Assembly (NCBI GenBank): GCA_964016885.1
Contig: OZ024743.1
Location: forward strand, 35,712,001 to 35,776,000
Length of the DNA: 64,000 nucleotides
From: Eledone cirrhosa
Lineage: Eukaryota
Direction: 5' to 3'
Of the stretch, positions 46,401-62,900 are shown piece after piece (position 1 is the stretch's first letter; every line of letters begins with the position of its first letter). The notes beneath the pieces were generated by a model. That model did no database searches. It was not told where the DNA came from and saw only the letters and a program-made list of their open reading frames with translations. The position numbers and the translations under genes were made by a program.

Positions 46401-49400
46401 TATATAGAAACACTACACTGTGTCATTACTATACTGTGAAGACCTGTAATATATAGAAACACTACACTGTGTCATTACTATACAGTGAAGACCTATAATA
46501 TATAGAAACACTACATTGTGTCATTACTATACTGTGAAGACCTGTAATATATAGAAACACTACACTGTATCATTACTATACTCTGAAGACCTGTATGATA
46601 TAGAAACACCACACTGTATCACTACTATACTGTGAAGACCTATAATATATAGTAAGACTACACTGTGTCACTACTATACTCTGAAGACCTGTAAGATATA
46701 GAAACACTACACTGTGTCATTACTATACTGTGAAGACCTGTAAGATATAGAAACACTACACTGTGTCATTACTATACTCTGAAAACATATAAGATATAGA
46801 AACACTACACTGTGTCATTACTATACTATGAAGACCTGTAAGATATAGAAACACTACAATGTATCATTACTATACTGTGAAGACCTGTAAGATATAGAAA
46901 CACTACACTGTGTCATTACTATACTGTGAAGACCTGTAAGATATAGAAACACTACACTGTGTCATTACTATACTCTGAAAACCTATAAGATATAGAAACA
47001 CTACACTGTGTCATTACTATACTATGAAGACCTGTAAGATATAGAAACACTACAATGTATCATTACTATACTGTGAAGATCTGTAAGATATAGAAACACT
47101 ACACTGTGTCATTACTATACTGTGAACACCTGTAAGATATAGAAACACTACACTGTGTCATTACTATACTCTGAAGACCTGTAAGATATAGAAACACTAC
47201 ACTGTGTCATTACTATACTCTGAAGACCTGTAAGACATAGAAACACTACACTGTGTCATTACTATACTCTGAAGACCTGTAATATATAGAAACACTACAC
47301 TGTGTCATTACTATACTCTGAAGACCTGTAAAATATAGAAACACTACACTGTGTCATTACTATAGTCTGAATGCCTGTAAGATATAGAAACACTACACTG
47401 TGTCATTACTATACTGTGAAGACCTGTAAGATATAGAAACACTACACTGTGTCATTACTATAGTCTGAAGGCCTGTAATATATAGAAACACTACACTGTG
47501 TCATTACTATACTCTGAAGACCTGTAAGATATAGAAACACTACACTGTATCATTACTATACTCTGAAGACATGTAAAATATTGAAATACTACACTGTATC
47601 ATTACTATACTGTGAAGACCTGTAAGATATAGAAACACTACACTGTGTCATTACTATACTGTGAAGACCTGTAAGATATAGAAACACTGCACTGTGTCAT
47701 TACTATACTGTGAAGACCTGTAAGATATAGAAACACTACACTGTGTCATTACTATACTGTGAAGAACTATAATATATAGAAACACTACATTGTGTCATTA
47801 CTATACTGTGAAGACCTGTAAGATATAGAAAAACTACACTGTGTCATTACTATACTGTGAAGAACTATAATATATAGAAACACTACATTGTGTCATTACT
47901 ATACTGTGAAGACCTGTAAGATATAGAAACACTACACTGTGTCATTACTATACTGTGAAGAACTATAATATATAGAAACACTACATTGTGTCATTACTAT
48001 ACTGTGAAGACCTGTAAGATATAGAAACACTACACTGTGTCATTACTATACCGTGAAGACCTGTAAGATATAGAAACACTACACTGTGTCATTACTATAC
48101 TGTGAAGAACTATAATATATAGAAACACTACATTGTGTCATTACTATACTGTGAAGACCTGTAAGATATAGAAACACTACACTGTGTCATTACTATACGC
48201 TGAAGACATGTAAGATATAGAAACACTACACCGTGTCATTACTATACTGTGATGACCTGTAAGATATAGAAACACTACACTGTGTCATTACTATACTGTG
48301 AAGACCTGTAAGATATAGAAACACTACACTGTGTCATTACTATACTGTGAAGACCTGTAAGATATAGAAACACTACACTGTGTCATTACTATACTGTGAA
48401 GACCTGTAAGATATAGAAACACTACACTGTGTCATTACTATACTCTGAAGACATGTAAGATATAGAAACACTACACTGTGTCATTACTATACTCTGAAGA
48501 ACTATAATATATAGAAACACTACACTGTGTCATTATTATACTCTGAAGACCTATAATATATAGAAACACTACACTGTGTCATTACTATACTGTGAATACC
48601 TGTAATATATAGAAACACTACACTGTATCATTACTATACTCTGAAGACCTATAATATATAGAAACACTACATTGTGTCCTTACTATCCTCTGAAGAAATA
48701 TAATATATAGAAACACTACACTGTGTCATTACTATACTCTGAAGACCTATAATATATAGAAACACTACATTGTGTCCTTACTATACTCTGAAGAACTATA
48801 ATATATAGAAACACTACACTGTGTCATTATTATACTCTGAAGACCTATAATATATAGAAACACTACACTGTGTCATTACTATACTGTGAATACCTGTAAT
48901 ATATAGAAACACTACACTGTATCATTACTATACTCTGAAGACCTATAATATATAGAAACACTACATTGTGTCCTTACTATCCTCTGAAGAAATATAATAT
49001 ATAGAAACACTACACTGTGTCATTACTATACTCTGAAGACCTATAATATATAGAAACACTACACTGTGTCATTACTATACTCTGAAGACCTGTAAGATAT
49101 AGAAACACTACACTGTGTCATTACTATACTGTGATGACCTGTAAGATATAGAAACACTACACTGTGTCATTACTATACTGTGAAGACCTATAATATATAG
49201 AAACACTACACTGTGTCATTACTATACTGTGAAGACCTGTAAGATATAGAAACACTACACTGTATCATTACTATACTGTGAAGACCTATAATATATAGAA
49301 ACACTACACTGTGTCATTACTATACTGTGAAGACCTGTAAGATATAGAAACACTACACTGTATCATTACTATACTCTGAAGACCTATAATATATAGAAAC

Positions 49401-49798
49401 ACTACACTGTGTCATTACTATACTGTGAAGACCTGTAATATATAGAAACACTACACTGTGTCATTACTATACAGTGAAGACCTATAATATATAGAAACAC
49501 TACATTGTGTCATTACTATACTGTGAAGACCTGTAATATATAGAAACACTACACTGTATCACTACTATACTGTGAAGACCTATAATATATAGTAAGACTA
49601 CACTGTGTCACTACTATACTCTGAAGACCTGTAAGATATAGAAACACTACACTGTGTCATTACTATACTGTGAAGACCTGTAAGATATAGAAACACTACA
49701 CTGTGTCATTACTATACTCTGAAAACATATAAGATATAGAAACACTACACTGTGTCATTACTATACTATGAAGACCTGTAAGATATAGAAACACTACA
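42713..49798. repeat. Tandem duplication, period 3528 bp (72 units)
   Basis: TATTGAAATA 44051/47579, TACCGTGAAG 44521/48049, AGTAAGAC 43125/46653 and 46065/49593. Confidence 0.9.
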
Positions 49799-52700
49799 AT
49801 GTATCATTACTATACTGTGAAGACCTGTAAGATATAGAAACACTACACTGTGTCATTACTATACTGTGAAGACCTGTAAGATATAGAAACACTACACTGT
49901 GTCATTACTATACTCTGAAAACCTATAAGATATAGAAACACTACACTGTATCATTACTATACTGTGAAGATCTGTAAGATATAGAAACACTACACTGTGT
50001 CATTACTATACTGTGAACACCTGTAAGATATAGAAACACTACACTGTGTCATTACTATACTCTGAAGACCTGTAAGATATAGAAACACTACGCTGTGTCA
50101 TTACTATACTCTGAAGACCTGTAAGATATAGAAACACTACACTGTGTCATTACTATACTCTGAAGACCTGTAAGATATAGAAACACTACACTGTGTCATT
50201 ACTATACTCTGAAGACCTGTAAGCTATAGAAACACTACACTGTGTCATTACTATAGTCTGAAGGCCTGTAATATATAGAAACACTACACTGTGTCATTAC
50301 TATACTCTGAAGACCTGTAAGATATAGAAACACTACACTGTGGCAATACTATACTGTGAAGACCTGTAAGATATAGAAACACTACACTGTGTCATTACTA
50401 TACTCTGAAGACCTGTAAAATATAGAAACACTACACTGTATCATTACTATACTGTGAAGACCTGTAAGATATAGAAATACTACACTGTGTCATTACTATA
50501 CTGTGAAGACCTGTAAGATATAGAAATACTACACTGTGTCATTACTATACTGTGAAGACCTGTAAGATATAGAAACACTACACTGTGTCATTACTATACT
50601 GTGAAGAACTATAATATATAGAAACACTACATTGTGTCATTACTATACTGTGAAGACCTGTAAGATATAGAAAAACTACACTGTGTCATTACTATACTGT
50701 GAAGAACTATAATATATAGAAACACTACATTGTGTCATTACTATACTGTGAAGACCTGTAAGATATAGAAACACTACACTGTGTCATTACTATACTGTGA
50801 AGAACTATAATATATAGAAACACTACATTGTGTCATTACTATACTGTGAAGACCTGTAAGATATAGAAACACTACACTGTGTCATTACTATACCGTGAAG
50901 ACCTGTAAGATATAGAAACACTACACTGTGTCATTACTATACTGTGAAGAACTATAATATATAGAAACACTACATTGTGTCATTACTATACTGTGAAGAC
51001 CTGTAAGATATAGAAACACTACACTGTGTCATTACTATACGCTGAAGACATGTAAGATATAGAAACACTACACCGTGTCATTACTATACTGTGATGACCT
51101 GTAAGATATAGAAACACTACACTGTGTCATTACTATACTGTGAAGACCTGTAAGATATAGAAACACTACACTGTGTCATTACTATACTGTGAAGACCTGT
51201 AAGATATAGAAACACTACACTGTGTCATTACTATACTGTGAAGACCTGTAAGATATAGAAACACTACACTGTGTCATTACTATACTCTGAAGACATGTAA
51301 GATATAGAAACACTACACTGTGTCATTACTATACTCTGAAGAACTATAATATATAGAAACACTACACTGTGTCATTATTATACTCTGAAGACCTATAATA
51401 TATAGAAACACTACACTGTGTCATTACTATACTGTGAATACCTGTAATATATAGAAACACTACACTGTATCATTACTATACTCTGAAGACCTATAATATA
51501 TAGAAACACTACATTGTGTCCTTACTATCCTCTGAAGAAATATAATATATAGAAACACTACACTGTGTCATTACTATACTCTGAAGACCTATAATATATA
51601 GAAACACTACATTGTGTCCTTACTATACTCTGAAGAACTATAATATATAGAAACACTACACTGTGTCATTATTATACTCTGAAGACCTATAATATATAGA
51701 AACACTACACTGTGTCATTACTATACTGTGAATACCTGTAATATATAGAAACACTACACTGTATCATTACTATACTCTGAAGACCTATAATATATAGAAA
51801 CACTACATTGTGTCCTTACTATCCTCTGAAGAAATATAATATATAGAAACACTACACTGTGTCATTACTATACTCTGAAGACCTATAATATATAGAAACA
51901 CTACACTGTGTCATTACTATACTCTGAAGACCTGTAAGATATAGAAACACTACACTGTGTCATTACTATACTGTGATGACCTGTAAGATATAGAAACACT
52001 ACACTGTGTCATTACTATACTGTGAAGACCTATAATATATAGAAACACTACACTGTGTCATTACTATACTGTGAAGACCTGTAAGATATAGAAACACTAC
52101 ACTGTATCATTACTATACTGTGAAGACCTATAATATATAGAAACACTACACTGTGTCATTACTATACTGTGAAGACCTGTAAGATATAGAAACACTACAC
52201 TGTATCATTACTATACTCTGAAGACCTATAATATATAGAAACACTACACTGTGTCATTACTATACTGTGAAGACCTGTAATATATAGAAACACTACACTG
52301 TGTCATTACTATACAGTGAAGACCTATAATATATAGAAACACTACATTGTGTCATTACTATACTGTGAAGACCTGTAATATATAGAAACACTACACTGTA
52401 TCACTACTATACTGTGAAGACCTATAATATATAGTAAGACTACACTGTGTCACTACTATACTCTGAAGACCTGTAAGATATAGAAACACTACACTGTGTC
52501 ATTACTATACTGTGAAGACCTGTAAGATATAGAAACACTACACTGTGTCATTACTATACTCTGAAAACATATAAGATATAGAAACACTACACTGTGTCAT
52601 TACTATACTATGAAGACCTGTAAGATATAGAAACACTACAATGTATCATTACTATACTGTGAAGACCTGTAAGATATAGAAACACTACACTGTGTCATTA

Positions 52701-53449
52701 CTATACTGTGAAGACCTGTAAGATATAGAAACACTACACTGTGTCATTACTATACTCTGAAAACCTATAAGATATAGAAACACTACACTGTATCATTACT
52801 ATACTGTGAAGATCTGTAAGATATAGAAACACTACACTGTGTCATTACTATACTGTGAACACCTGTAAGATATAGAAACACTACACTGTGTCATTACTAT
52901 ACTCTGAAGACCTGTAAGATATAGAAACACTACGCTGTGTCATTACTATACTCTGAAGACCTGTAAGATATAGAAACACTACACTGTGTCATTACTATAC
53001 TCTGAAGACCTGTAAGATATAGAAACACTACACTGTGTCATTACTATACTCTGAAGACCTGTAAGCTATAGAAACACTACACTGTGTCATTACTATAGTC
53101 TGAAGGCCTGTAATATATAGAAACACTACACTGTGTCATTACTATACTCTGAAGACCTGTAAGATATAGAAACACTACACTGTGGCAATACTATACTGTG
53201 AAGACCTGTAAGATATAGAAACACTACACTGTGTCATTACTATACTCTGAAGACCTGTAAAATATAGAAACACTACACTGTATCATTACTATACTGTGAA
53301 GACCTGTAAGATATAGAAATACTACACTGTGTCATTACTATACTGTGAAGACCTGTAAGATATAGAAATACTACACTGTGTCATTACTATACTGTGAAGA
53401 CCTGTAAGATATAGAAACACTACACTGTGTCATTACTATACTGTGAAGA
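47690..53449. repeat. Tandem duplication, period 2842 bp (58 units), overlapping the previous one
   Basis: TACGCTGTG 50091/52933, TGGCAATACT 50341/53183, AGTAAGAC 49593/52435. Confidence 0.9.
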
Positions 53450-56400
53450 CCTGTAAGATATAGAAACACTACACTGTGTCATTACTATACTGTGAAGACC
53501 TTGTAAGATATAGAAACACTACACTGTGTCATTACTATACTGTGAAGACCTGTAAGATATAGAAACACTACACTGTGTCATTACTATACTGTGAAGACCT
53601 GTAATATATAGAAACACTACACTGTGTCATTATTATACTCTGAAAACCTGTAAGATATAGAAACACTACACTGTGTCATTACTATACTGCGAAGACCTGT
53701 AAGATATAGAAACACTACACTGTATCATTACTATACTCTGAAGACCTATAATATATAGAAACACTACACTGTGTCATTACTATACTGTGAAGACCTGTAA
53801 GATATAGAAACACTACACTGTGTCATTACTATACTGTGAAGACCTGTAATATATAGAAACACTACACTGTGTCATTATTATACTGTGAAGACCTGTAAGA
53901 TATAGAAACACTACACTGTGTATTTATTATACTGGGAAGACCTGTAAGATATAGAAACACTACACTGTGTCATTATTATACTGTGAAGACCTGTAAGATA
54001 TAGAAACACTACACTGTGTCATTACTATACTGTGAAGACCTGTAATATATAGAAACACTACACTGTGTCATTATTATACTGTGAAGACCTGTAAGATATA
54101 GAAACACTACACTGTGTCATTACTATACTGTGAAGACCTGTAAGATATAGAAACACTACACTGTGTCATTACTATACTGTGAAGACCTGTAAGATATAGA
54201 AACACTACACTGTGTCATTATTATACTGTGAAGACCTGTAAGATATAGAAACACTACACTGTGTCATTACTATACTGTGAAGACCTGTAATATATAGAAA
54301 CACTACACTGTGTCATTATTATACTGTGAAGACCTGTAAGATATAGAAACACTACACTGTGTCATTACTATACTGTGAAGACCTGTAAGATATAGAAACA
54401 CTACACCGTATCATTACTATACTCTGAAGACCTATAATATATAGAAACACTACACTGTGTCATTACTATACTATGAAGACCTGTAAGATATAGAAACACT
54501 ACAATGTATCATTACTATACTCTGAAGACCTATAATATATAGAAACACTACATTGTGTCCTTACTATACTCTGAAGAACTATAATATATAGAAACACTAC
54601 ACTGTGTCATTACTATAGTCTGAAGGCCTGTAATATATAGAAACACAACACTGTGTCATTACTATACTCCGAAGACTTGTAAGACATAGAAACACTACAC
54701 TGTGTCATTACTATACTCTGAAGACCTGTAATATATAGAAACACTACACTGTGTCATTACTATACTCTGAAGACCTGTAAAATATAGAAACACTACACTG
54801 TGTCATTACTATAGTCTGAATGCCTGTAAGATATAGAAACACTACACTGTGTCATTACTATACTGTGAAGACCTGTAAGATATAGAAACACTACACTGTG
54901 TCATTACTATAGTCTGAAGGCCTGTAATATATAGAAACACTACACTGTGTCATTACTATACTCTGAAGACCTGTAAGATATAGAAACACTACACTGTATC
55001 ATTACTATACTCTGAAGACATGTAAAATATTGAAATACTACACTGTATCATTACTATACTGTGAAGACCTGTAAGATATAGAAACACTACACTGTGTCAT
55101 TACTATACTGTGAAGACCTGTAAGATATAGAAACACTGCACTGTGTCATTACTATACTGTGAAGACCTGTAAGATATAGAAACACTACACTGTGTCATTA
55201 CTATACTGTGAAGAACTATAATATATAGAAACACTACATTGTGTCATTACTATACTGTGAAGACCTGTAAGATATAGAAAAACTACACTGTGTCATTACT
55301 ATACTGTGAAGAACTATAATATATAGAAACACTACATTGTGTCATTACTATACTGTGAAGACCTGTAAGATATAGAAACACTACACTGTGTCATTACTAT
55401 ACTGTGAAGAACTATAATATATAGAAACACTACATTGTGTCATTACTATACTGTGAAAACCTGTAAGATATAGAAACACTACACTGTGTCATTACTATAC
55501 CGTGAAGACCTGTAAGATATAGAAACACTACACTGTGTCATTACTATACTGTGAAGAACTATAATATATAGAAACACTACATTGTGTCATTACTATACTG
55601 TGAAGACCTGTAAGATATAGAAACACTACACTGTGTCATTACTATACGCTGAAGACATGTAAGATATAGAAACACTACACCGTGTCATTACTATACTGTG
55701 ATGACCTGTAAGATATAGAAACACTACACTGTGTCATTACTATACTGTGAAGACCTGTAAGATATAGAAACACTACACTGTGTCATTACTATACTCTGAA
55801 GACCTGTAAGATATAGAAACACTACACTGTGTCATTACTATACTGTGAAGACCTGTAAGATATAGAAACACTACACTGTGTCATTACTATACTCTGAAGT
55901 CATGTAAGATATAGAAACACTACACTGTGTCATTACTATACTGTGAAGACCTGTAAGATATAGAAACACTACACCGTATCATTACTATACTGTGAAGACC
56001 TATAATATATAGAAACACTACATTGTGTCCTTACTATACTCTGAAGAACTATAATATATAGAAACACTACACTGTGTCATTATTATACTCTGAAGACCTA
56101 TAATATATAGAAACACTACACTGTGTCATTACTATACTGTGAATACCTGTAATATATAGAAACACTACACTGTATCATTACTATACTCTGAAGACCTATA
56201 ATATATAGAAACACTACATTGTGTCCTTACTATCCTCTGAAGAACTATAATATATAGAAACACTACACTGTGTCATTACTATACTCTGAAGACCTATAAT
56301 ATATAGAAACACTACACTGTGTCATTACTATACTCTGAAGACCTGTAAGATATAGAAACACTACACTGTGTCATTACTATACTGTGATGACCTGTAAGAT

Positions 56401-59400
56401 ATAGAAACACTACACTGTGTCATTACTATACTGTGAAGACCTATAATATATAGAAACACTACACTGTGTCATTACTATACTGTGAAGACCTGTAAGATAT
56501 AGAAACACTACACTGTATCATTACTATACTGTGAAGACCTATAATATATAGAAACACTACACTGTGTCATTACTATACTGTGAAGACCTGTAAGATATAG
56601 AAACACTACACTGTATCATTACTATACTCTGAAGACCTATAATATATAGAAACACTACACTGTGTCATTACTATACTGTGAAGACCTGTAATATATAGAA
56701 ACACTACACTGTGTCATTACTATACAGTGAAGACCTATAATATATAGAAACACTACATTGTGTCATTACTATACTGTGAAGACCTGTAATATATAGAAAC
56801 ACTACACTGTATCACTACTATACTGTGAAGACCTATAATATATAGTAAGACTACACTGTGTCACTACTATACTCTGAAGACCTGTAAGATATAGAAACAC
56901 TACACTGTGTCATTACTATACTGTGAAGACCTGTAAGATATAGAAACACTACACTGTGTCATTACTATACTCTGAAAACATATAAGATATAGAAACACTA
57001 CACTGTGTCATTACTATACTATGAAGACCTGTAAGATATAGAAACACTACAATGTATCATTACTATACTGTGAAGACCTGTAAGATATAGAAACACTACA
57101 CTGTGTCATTACTATACTCTGAAAACCTATAAGATATAGAAACACTACACTGTATCATTACTATACTGTGAAGATCTGTAAGATATAGAAACACTACACT
57201 GTGTCATTACTATACTGTGAACACCTGTAAGATATAGAAACACTACACTGTGTCATTACTATACTCTGAAGACCTGTAAGATATAGAAAAACTACATTGT
57301 GTCATTACTATACTCTGAAGACCTGTAAGATATAGAAACACTACACTGTGTCATTACTATACTCTGAAGACCTGTAAGATATAGAAACACTACACTGTGT
57401 CATTACTATACTCTGAAGACCTGTAAGCTATAGAAACACTACACTGTGTCATTACTATAGTCTGAAGGCCTGTAATATATAGAAACACTACACTGTGTCA
57501 TTACTATACTCTGAAGACCTGTAAGATATAGAAACACTACACTGTGTCAATACTATACTGTGAAGACCTGTAAGATATAGAACACTACACTGTGTCATTA
57601 CTATACTCTGAAGACCTGTAAAATATAGAAACACTACACTGTATCATTACTATACTGTGAAGACCTGTAAGATATAGAAATACTACACTGTGTCATTACT
57701 ATACTGTGAAGACCTGTAAGATATAGAAATACTACACTGTGTCATTACTATACTGTGAAGACCTGTAAGATATAGAAACACTACACTGTGTCATTACTAT
57801 ACTGTGAAGACCTGTAAGATATAGAAACACTACACTGTGTCATTACTATACTGTGAAGACCTTGTAAGATATAGAAACACTACACTGTGTCATTACTATA
57901 CTGTGAAGACCTGTAAGATATAGAAACACTACACTGTGTCATTACTATACTGTGAAGACCTGTAATATATAGAAACACTACACTGTGTCATTATTATACT
58001 CTGAAAACCTGTAAGATATAGAAACACTACACTGTGTCATTACTATACTGCGAAGACCTGTAAGATATAGAAACACTACACTGTATCATTACTATACTCT
58101 GAAGACCTATAATATATAGAAACACTACACTGTGTCATTACTATACTGTGAAGACCTGTAAGATATAGAAACACTACACTGTGTCATTACTATACTGTGA
58201 AGACGACCTGTAATATATAGAAACACTACACTTTGTCATTATTATACTGTGAAGACCTGTAAGATATAGAAACACTACACTGTGTCATTATTATACTGGG
58301 AAGACCTGTAAGATATAGAAACACTACACTGTGTCATTATTATACTGTGAAGACCTGTAAGATATAGAAACACTACACTGTGTCATTACTATACTGTGAA
58401 GACCTGTAATATATAGAAACACTACACTGTGTCATTATTATACTGTGAAGACCTGTAAGATATAGAAACACTACACTGTGTCATTACTATACTGTGAAGA
58501 CCTGTAAGATATAGAAACACTACACTCTGTCATTACTATACTGTGAAGACCTGTAAGATATAGAAACACTACACTGTGTCATTATTATACTGTGAAGACC
58601 TGTAAGATATAGAAACACTACACTGTGTCATTACTATACTGTGAAGACCTGTAATATATAGAAACACTACACTGTGTCATTATTATACTGTGAAGACCTG
58701 TAAGATATAGAAACACTACACTGTGTCATTACTATACTGTGAAGACCTGTAAGATATAGAAACACTACACCGTATCATTACTATACTCTGAAGACCTATA
58801 ATATATAGAAACACTACACTGTGTCATTACTATACTATGAAGACCTGTAAGATATAGAAACACTACAATGTATCATTACTATACTCTGAAGACCTATAAT
58901 ATATAGAAACACTACATTTTGTCCTTACTATACTCTGAAGAACTATAATATATAGAAACACTACACTGTGTCATTACTATAATCTGAAGGCCTGTAATAT
59001 ATAGAAACACAACACTGTGTCATTACTATACTCCGAAGACTTGTAAGACATAGAAACACTACACTGTGTCATTACTATACTCTGAAGACCTGTAATATAT
59101 AGAAACACTACACTGTGTCATTACTATACTCTGAAGACCTGTAAAATATAGAAACACTACACTGTGTCATTACTATACTGTGAAGACCTGTAAGATATAG
59201 AAACACTACACTGTGTCATTACTATAGTCTGAAGGCCTGTAATATATAGAAACACTACACTGTGTCATTACTATAGTCTGAATGCCTGTAAGATATAGAA
59301 ACACTACACTGTGTCATTACTATACTCTGAAGACCTGTAAGATATAGAAACACTACACTGTATCATTACTATACTCTGAAGACCTGTAAAATATTGAAAT

Positions 59401-59500
59401 ACTACACTGTATCATTACTATACTGTGAAGACCTGTAAGATATAGAAACACTACACTGTGTCATTACTATACTGTGAAGACCTGTAAGATATAGAAACAC
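53450..59500. repeat. Older, more diverged repeat of period ~4361 bp (89 units); boundaries approximate
   Basis: +T insertion 53501/57862, CTGCGAAG 53690/58051, ACTGGGAAG 53931/58295. The right-hand copy carries private changes (AGACGACC 58201, CTTTGTC, CTCTGTC, AATCTGA). Confidence 0.8.
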
Positions 59501-59699
59501 TGCACTGTGTCATTACTATACTGTGAAGACCTGTAAGATATAGAAACACTACACTGTGTCATTACTATACTCTGAAGACCTGTAAAATATAGAAACACTA
59601 CACTGTATCATTACTATACTGTGAAGACCTGTAAGATATAGAAACACTGCACTGTGTCATTACTATACTGTGAAGACCTGTAAGATATAGAAACACTAC

Positions 59700-62600
59700 A
59701 CTGTGTCATTACTATACTGTGAAGACCTGTAAGATATAGAAACACTACACTGTGTCATTACTATACTGTGAAGACCTGTAAGATATAGAAACACTACACT
59801 GTGTCATTACTATACTGTGAAGACCTGTAAGATATAGAAACACTACACTGTGTCATTACTATACTGTGAAGACCTGTAAGATATAGAAACACTACACTGT
59901 GTCATTACTATACTGTGAAGACCTGTAAGATATAGAAACACTACACTGTGTCATTACTATACTGTGAAGACCTGTAAGATATAGAAACACTACACTGTGT
60001 CATTACTATACTGTGAAGACCTGTAAGATATAGAAACACTACACTGTGTCATTACTATACTGTGAAGACCTGTAAGATATAGAAACACTACACTGTATCA
60101 TTACTATACTCTGAAGACCTATAATATATAGAAACACTACACTGTGTCATTACTATACTCTGAAGACCTGTAAGATATAGAAACACTACACTGTGTCATT
60201 ACTATATTTGAAGACCTGTATGATATAGAAACACCACACTGTATCATTACTATACTGTGAAGACCTATAATATATAGTAAGACTACACTGTGTCATTACT
60301 ATACTCTGAAGACCCGTAAGATATAGAAACACTACACTGTGTCATTACTATACTGTGAAGACCTGTAAGATATAGAAACACTACACTGTGTCATTACTAT
60401 ACTCTGAAGACCTGTAATATATAGAAACACTACACTGTGTCATTACTATACTCTGAAGACCTATAATATATAGAAACACTACACTGTGTCATTACTATAC
60501 TCTGAAGACCTATAATATATAGAAACACTACACTGTGTCATTACTATACTGTGAAGACCTGTAAGATATAGAAACACTACACTGTGTCATTACTATACTC
60601 TGAAGACCTGTAATATATAGAAACACTACACTGTGTCATTACTATACTCTGAAGACCTATAATATATAGAAACACTACACTGTGTCATTACTATACTCTG
60701 AAGACCTATAATATATAGAAACACTACACTGTGTCATTACTATACTCTGAAGACCTATAATATATAGAAACACTACACTGTGTCATTACTATACTCTGAA
60801 GACCTATAATATATAGAAACACTACACTGTATCATTACTATACTGTGAAGACCTATAATATATAGAAACACTACACTGTGTCATTACTATACTCTGAAGA
60901 CCTGTAAGATAGAGAAATACTACACTGTGTCATTACTATACTCTGAAGACCTGTAAGATATAGAAACACTACACTGTGTCATTACTATACTCTGAAGACC
61001 TGTAAGATATAGAAACACTACACTGTGTCATTACTATACTCTGAAGACCTGTAAGATAGAGAAATACTACACTGTGTCATTACTATACTCTGAAGACCTG
61101 TAAGATATAGAAACACTACACTGTGTCATTACTATACTCTGAAGACCTATAATATATAGAAACACTACACTGCATCATTACTATACTCTGAAGACCTATA
61201 ATATATAGAAACACTACACTGTGTCATTACTATACGCTGAAGACCTGTAAGATATAGAAACACTACACTGTGTCATTACTATACTCTGAAGACCTGTAAG
61301 ATATAGAAACACTACACTGTATCATTACTATAGTCTGAATGCCTGTAAGATATAGAAACACTACACTGTGTCATTACTATACTGTGAAGACCTGTAAGAT
61401 ATAGAAACACTACACTGTGTCATTACTATACTGTGAAGACCTGTAAGATATAGAAACACTACACTGTATCATTACTATACTGTGAAGACCTGTAAGATAT
61501 AGAAACACTACACTGTGTCATTACTATACTGTGAAGACCTGTAAGATATAGAAACACTACACTGTGTCATTACTATACTGTGAAGACCTGTAAGATATAG
61601 AAACACTACACTGTGTCATTACTATACTGTGAAGACCTGTAAGATATAGAAACACTACACTGTGTCATTACTATACTGTGAAGACCTGTAAGATATAGAA
61701 ACACTACACTGTGTCATTACTATACTGTGAAGACCTGTAAGATATAGAAACACTACACTGTATCATTACTATACTCTGAAGACCTATAATATATAGAAAC
61801 ACTACACTGTGTCATTACTATACTCTGAAGACCTGTAAGATATAGAAACACTACACTGTGTCATTACTATATTTGAAGACCTGTATGATATAGAAACACC
61901 ACACTGTATCATTACTATACTGTGAAGACCTATAATATATAGTAAGACTACACTGTGTCATTACTATACTCTGAAGACCTGTAAGATATAGAAACACTAC
62001 ACTGTGTCATTACTATACTGTGAAGACCTGTAAGATATAGAAACACTACACTGTGTCATTACTATACTCTGAAGACCTGTAATATATAGAAATACTACAC
62101 TGTGTCATTACTATACTCTGAAGACCTATAATATATAGAAACACTACACTGTGTCATTACTATACTCTGAAGACCTATAATATATAGAAACACTACACTG
62201 TGTCATTACTATACTGTGAAGACCTGTAAGATATAGAAACACTACACTGTGTCATTACTATACTCTGAAGACCTGTAATATATAGAAACACTACACTGTG
62301 TCATTACTATACTCTGAAGACCTATAATATATAGAAACACTACACTGTGTCATTACTATACTCTGAAGACCTATAATATATAGAAACACTACACTGTGTC
62401 ATTACTATACTCTGAAGACCTATAATATATAGAAACACTACACTGTATCATTACTATACTCTGAAGACCTGTAAGATAGAGAAATACTACACTGTGTCAT
62501 TACTATACTCTGAAGACCTGTAAGATATAGAAACACTACACTGTGTCATTACTATACTCTGAAGACCTGTAAGATATAGAAACACTACACTGTGTCATTA

Positions 62601-62900
62601 CTATACTCTGAAGACCTGTAAGATAGAGAAATACTACACTGTGTCATTACTATACTCTGAAGACCTGTAAGATATAGAAACACTACACTGTGTCATTACT
62701 ATACTCTGAAGACCTATAATATATAGAAACACTACACTGCATCATTACTATACTCTGAAGACCTATAATATATAGAAACACTACACTGTGTCATTACTAT
62801 ACGCTGAAGACCTGTAAGATATAGAAACACTACACTGTGTCATTACTATACTCTGAAGATCTGTAAGATATAGAAACACTACACTGCATCATTACTATAC
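59700..62900. repeat. Terminal two-copy duplication, period 1567-1665 bp (32-34 units); boundaries approximate
   Basis: 1-bp-deleted TATTTGAAG unit at ~60207 and ~61872, AGTAAGAC 60278/61943, GATAGAGAAATAC pairs 60911+61058 and 62478+62625. Confidence 0.85.
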
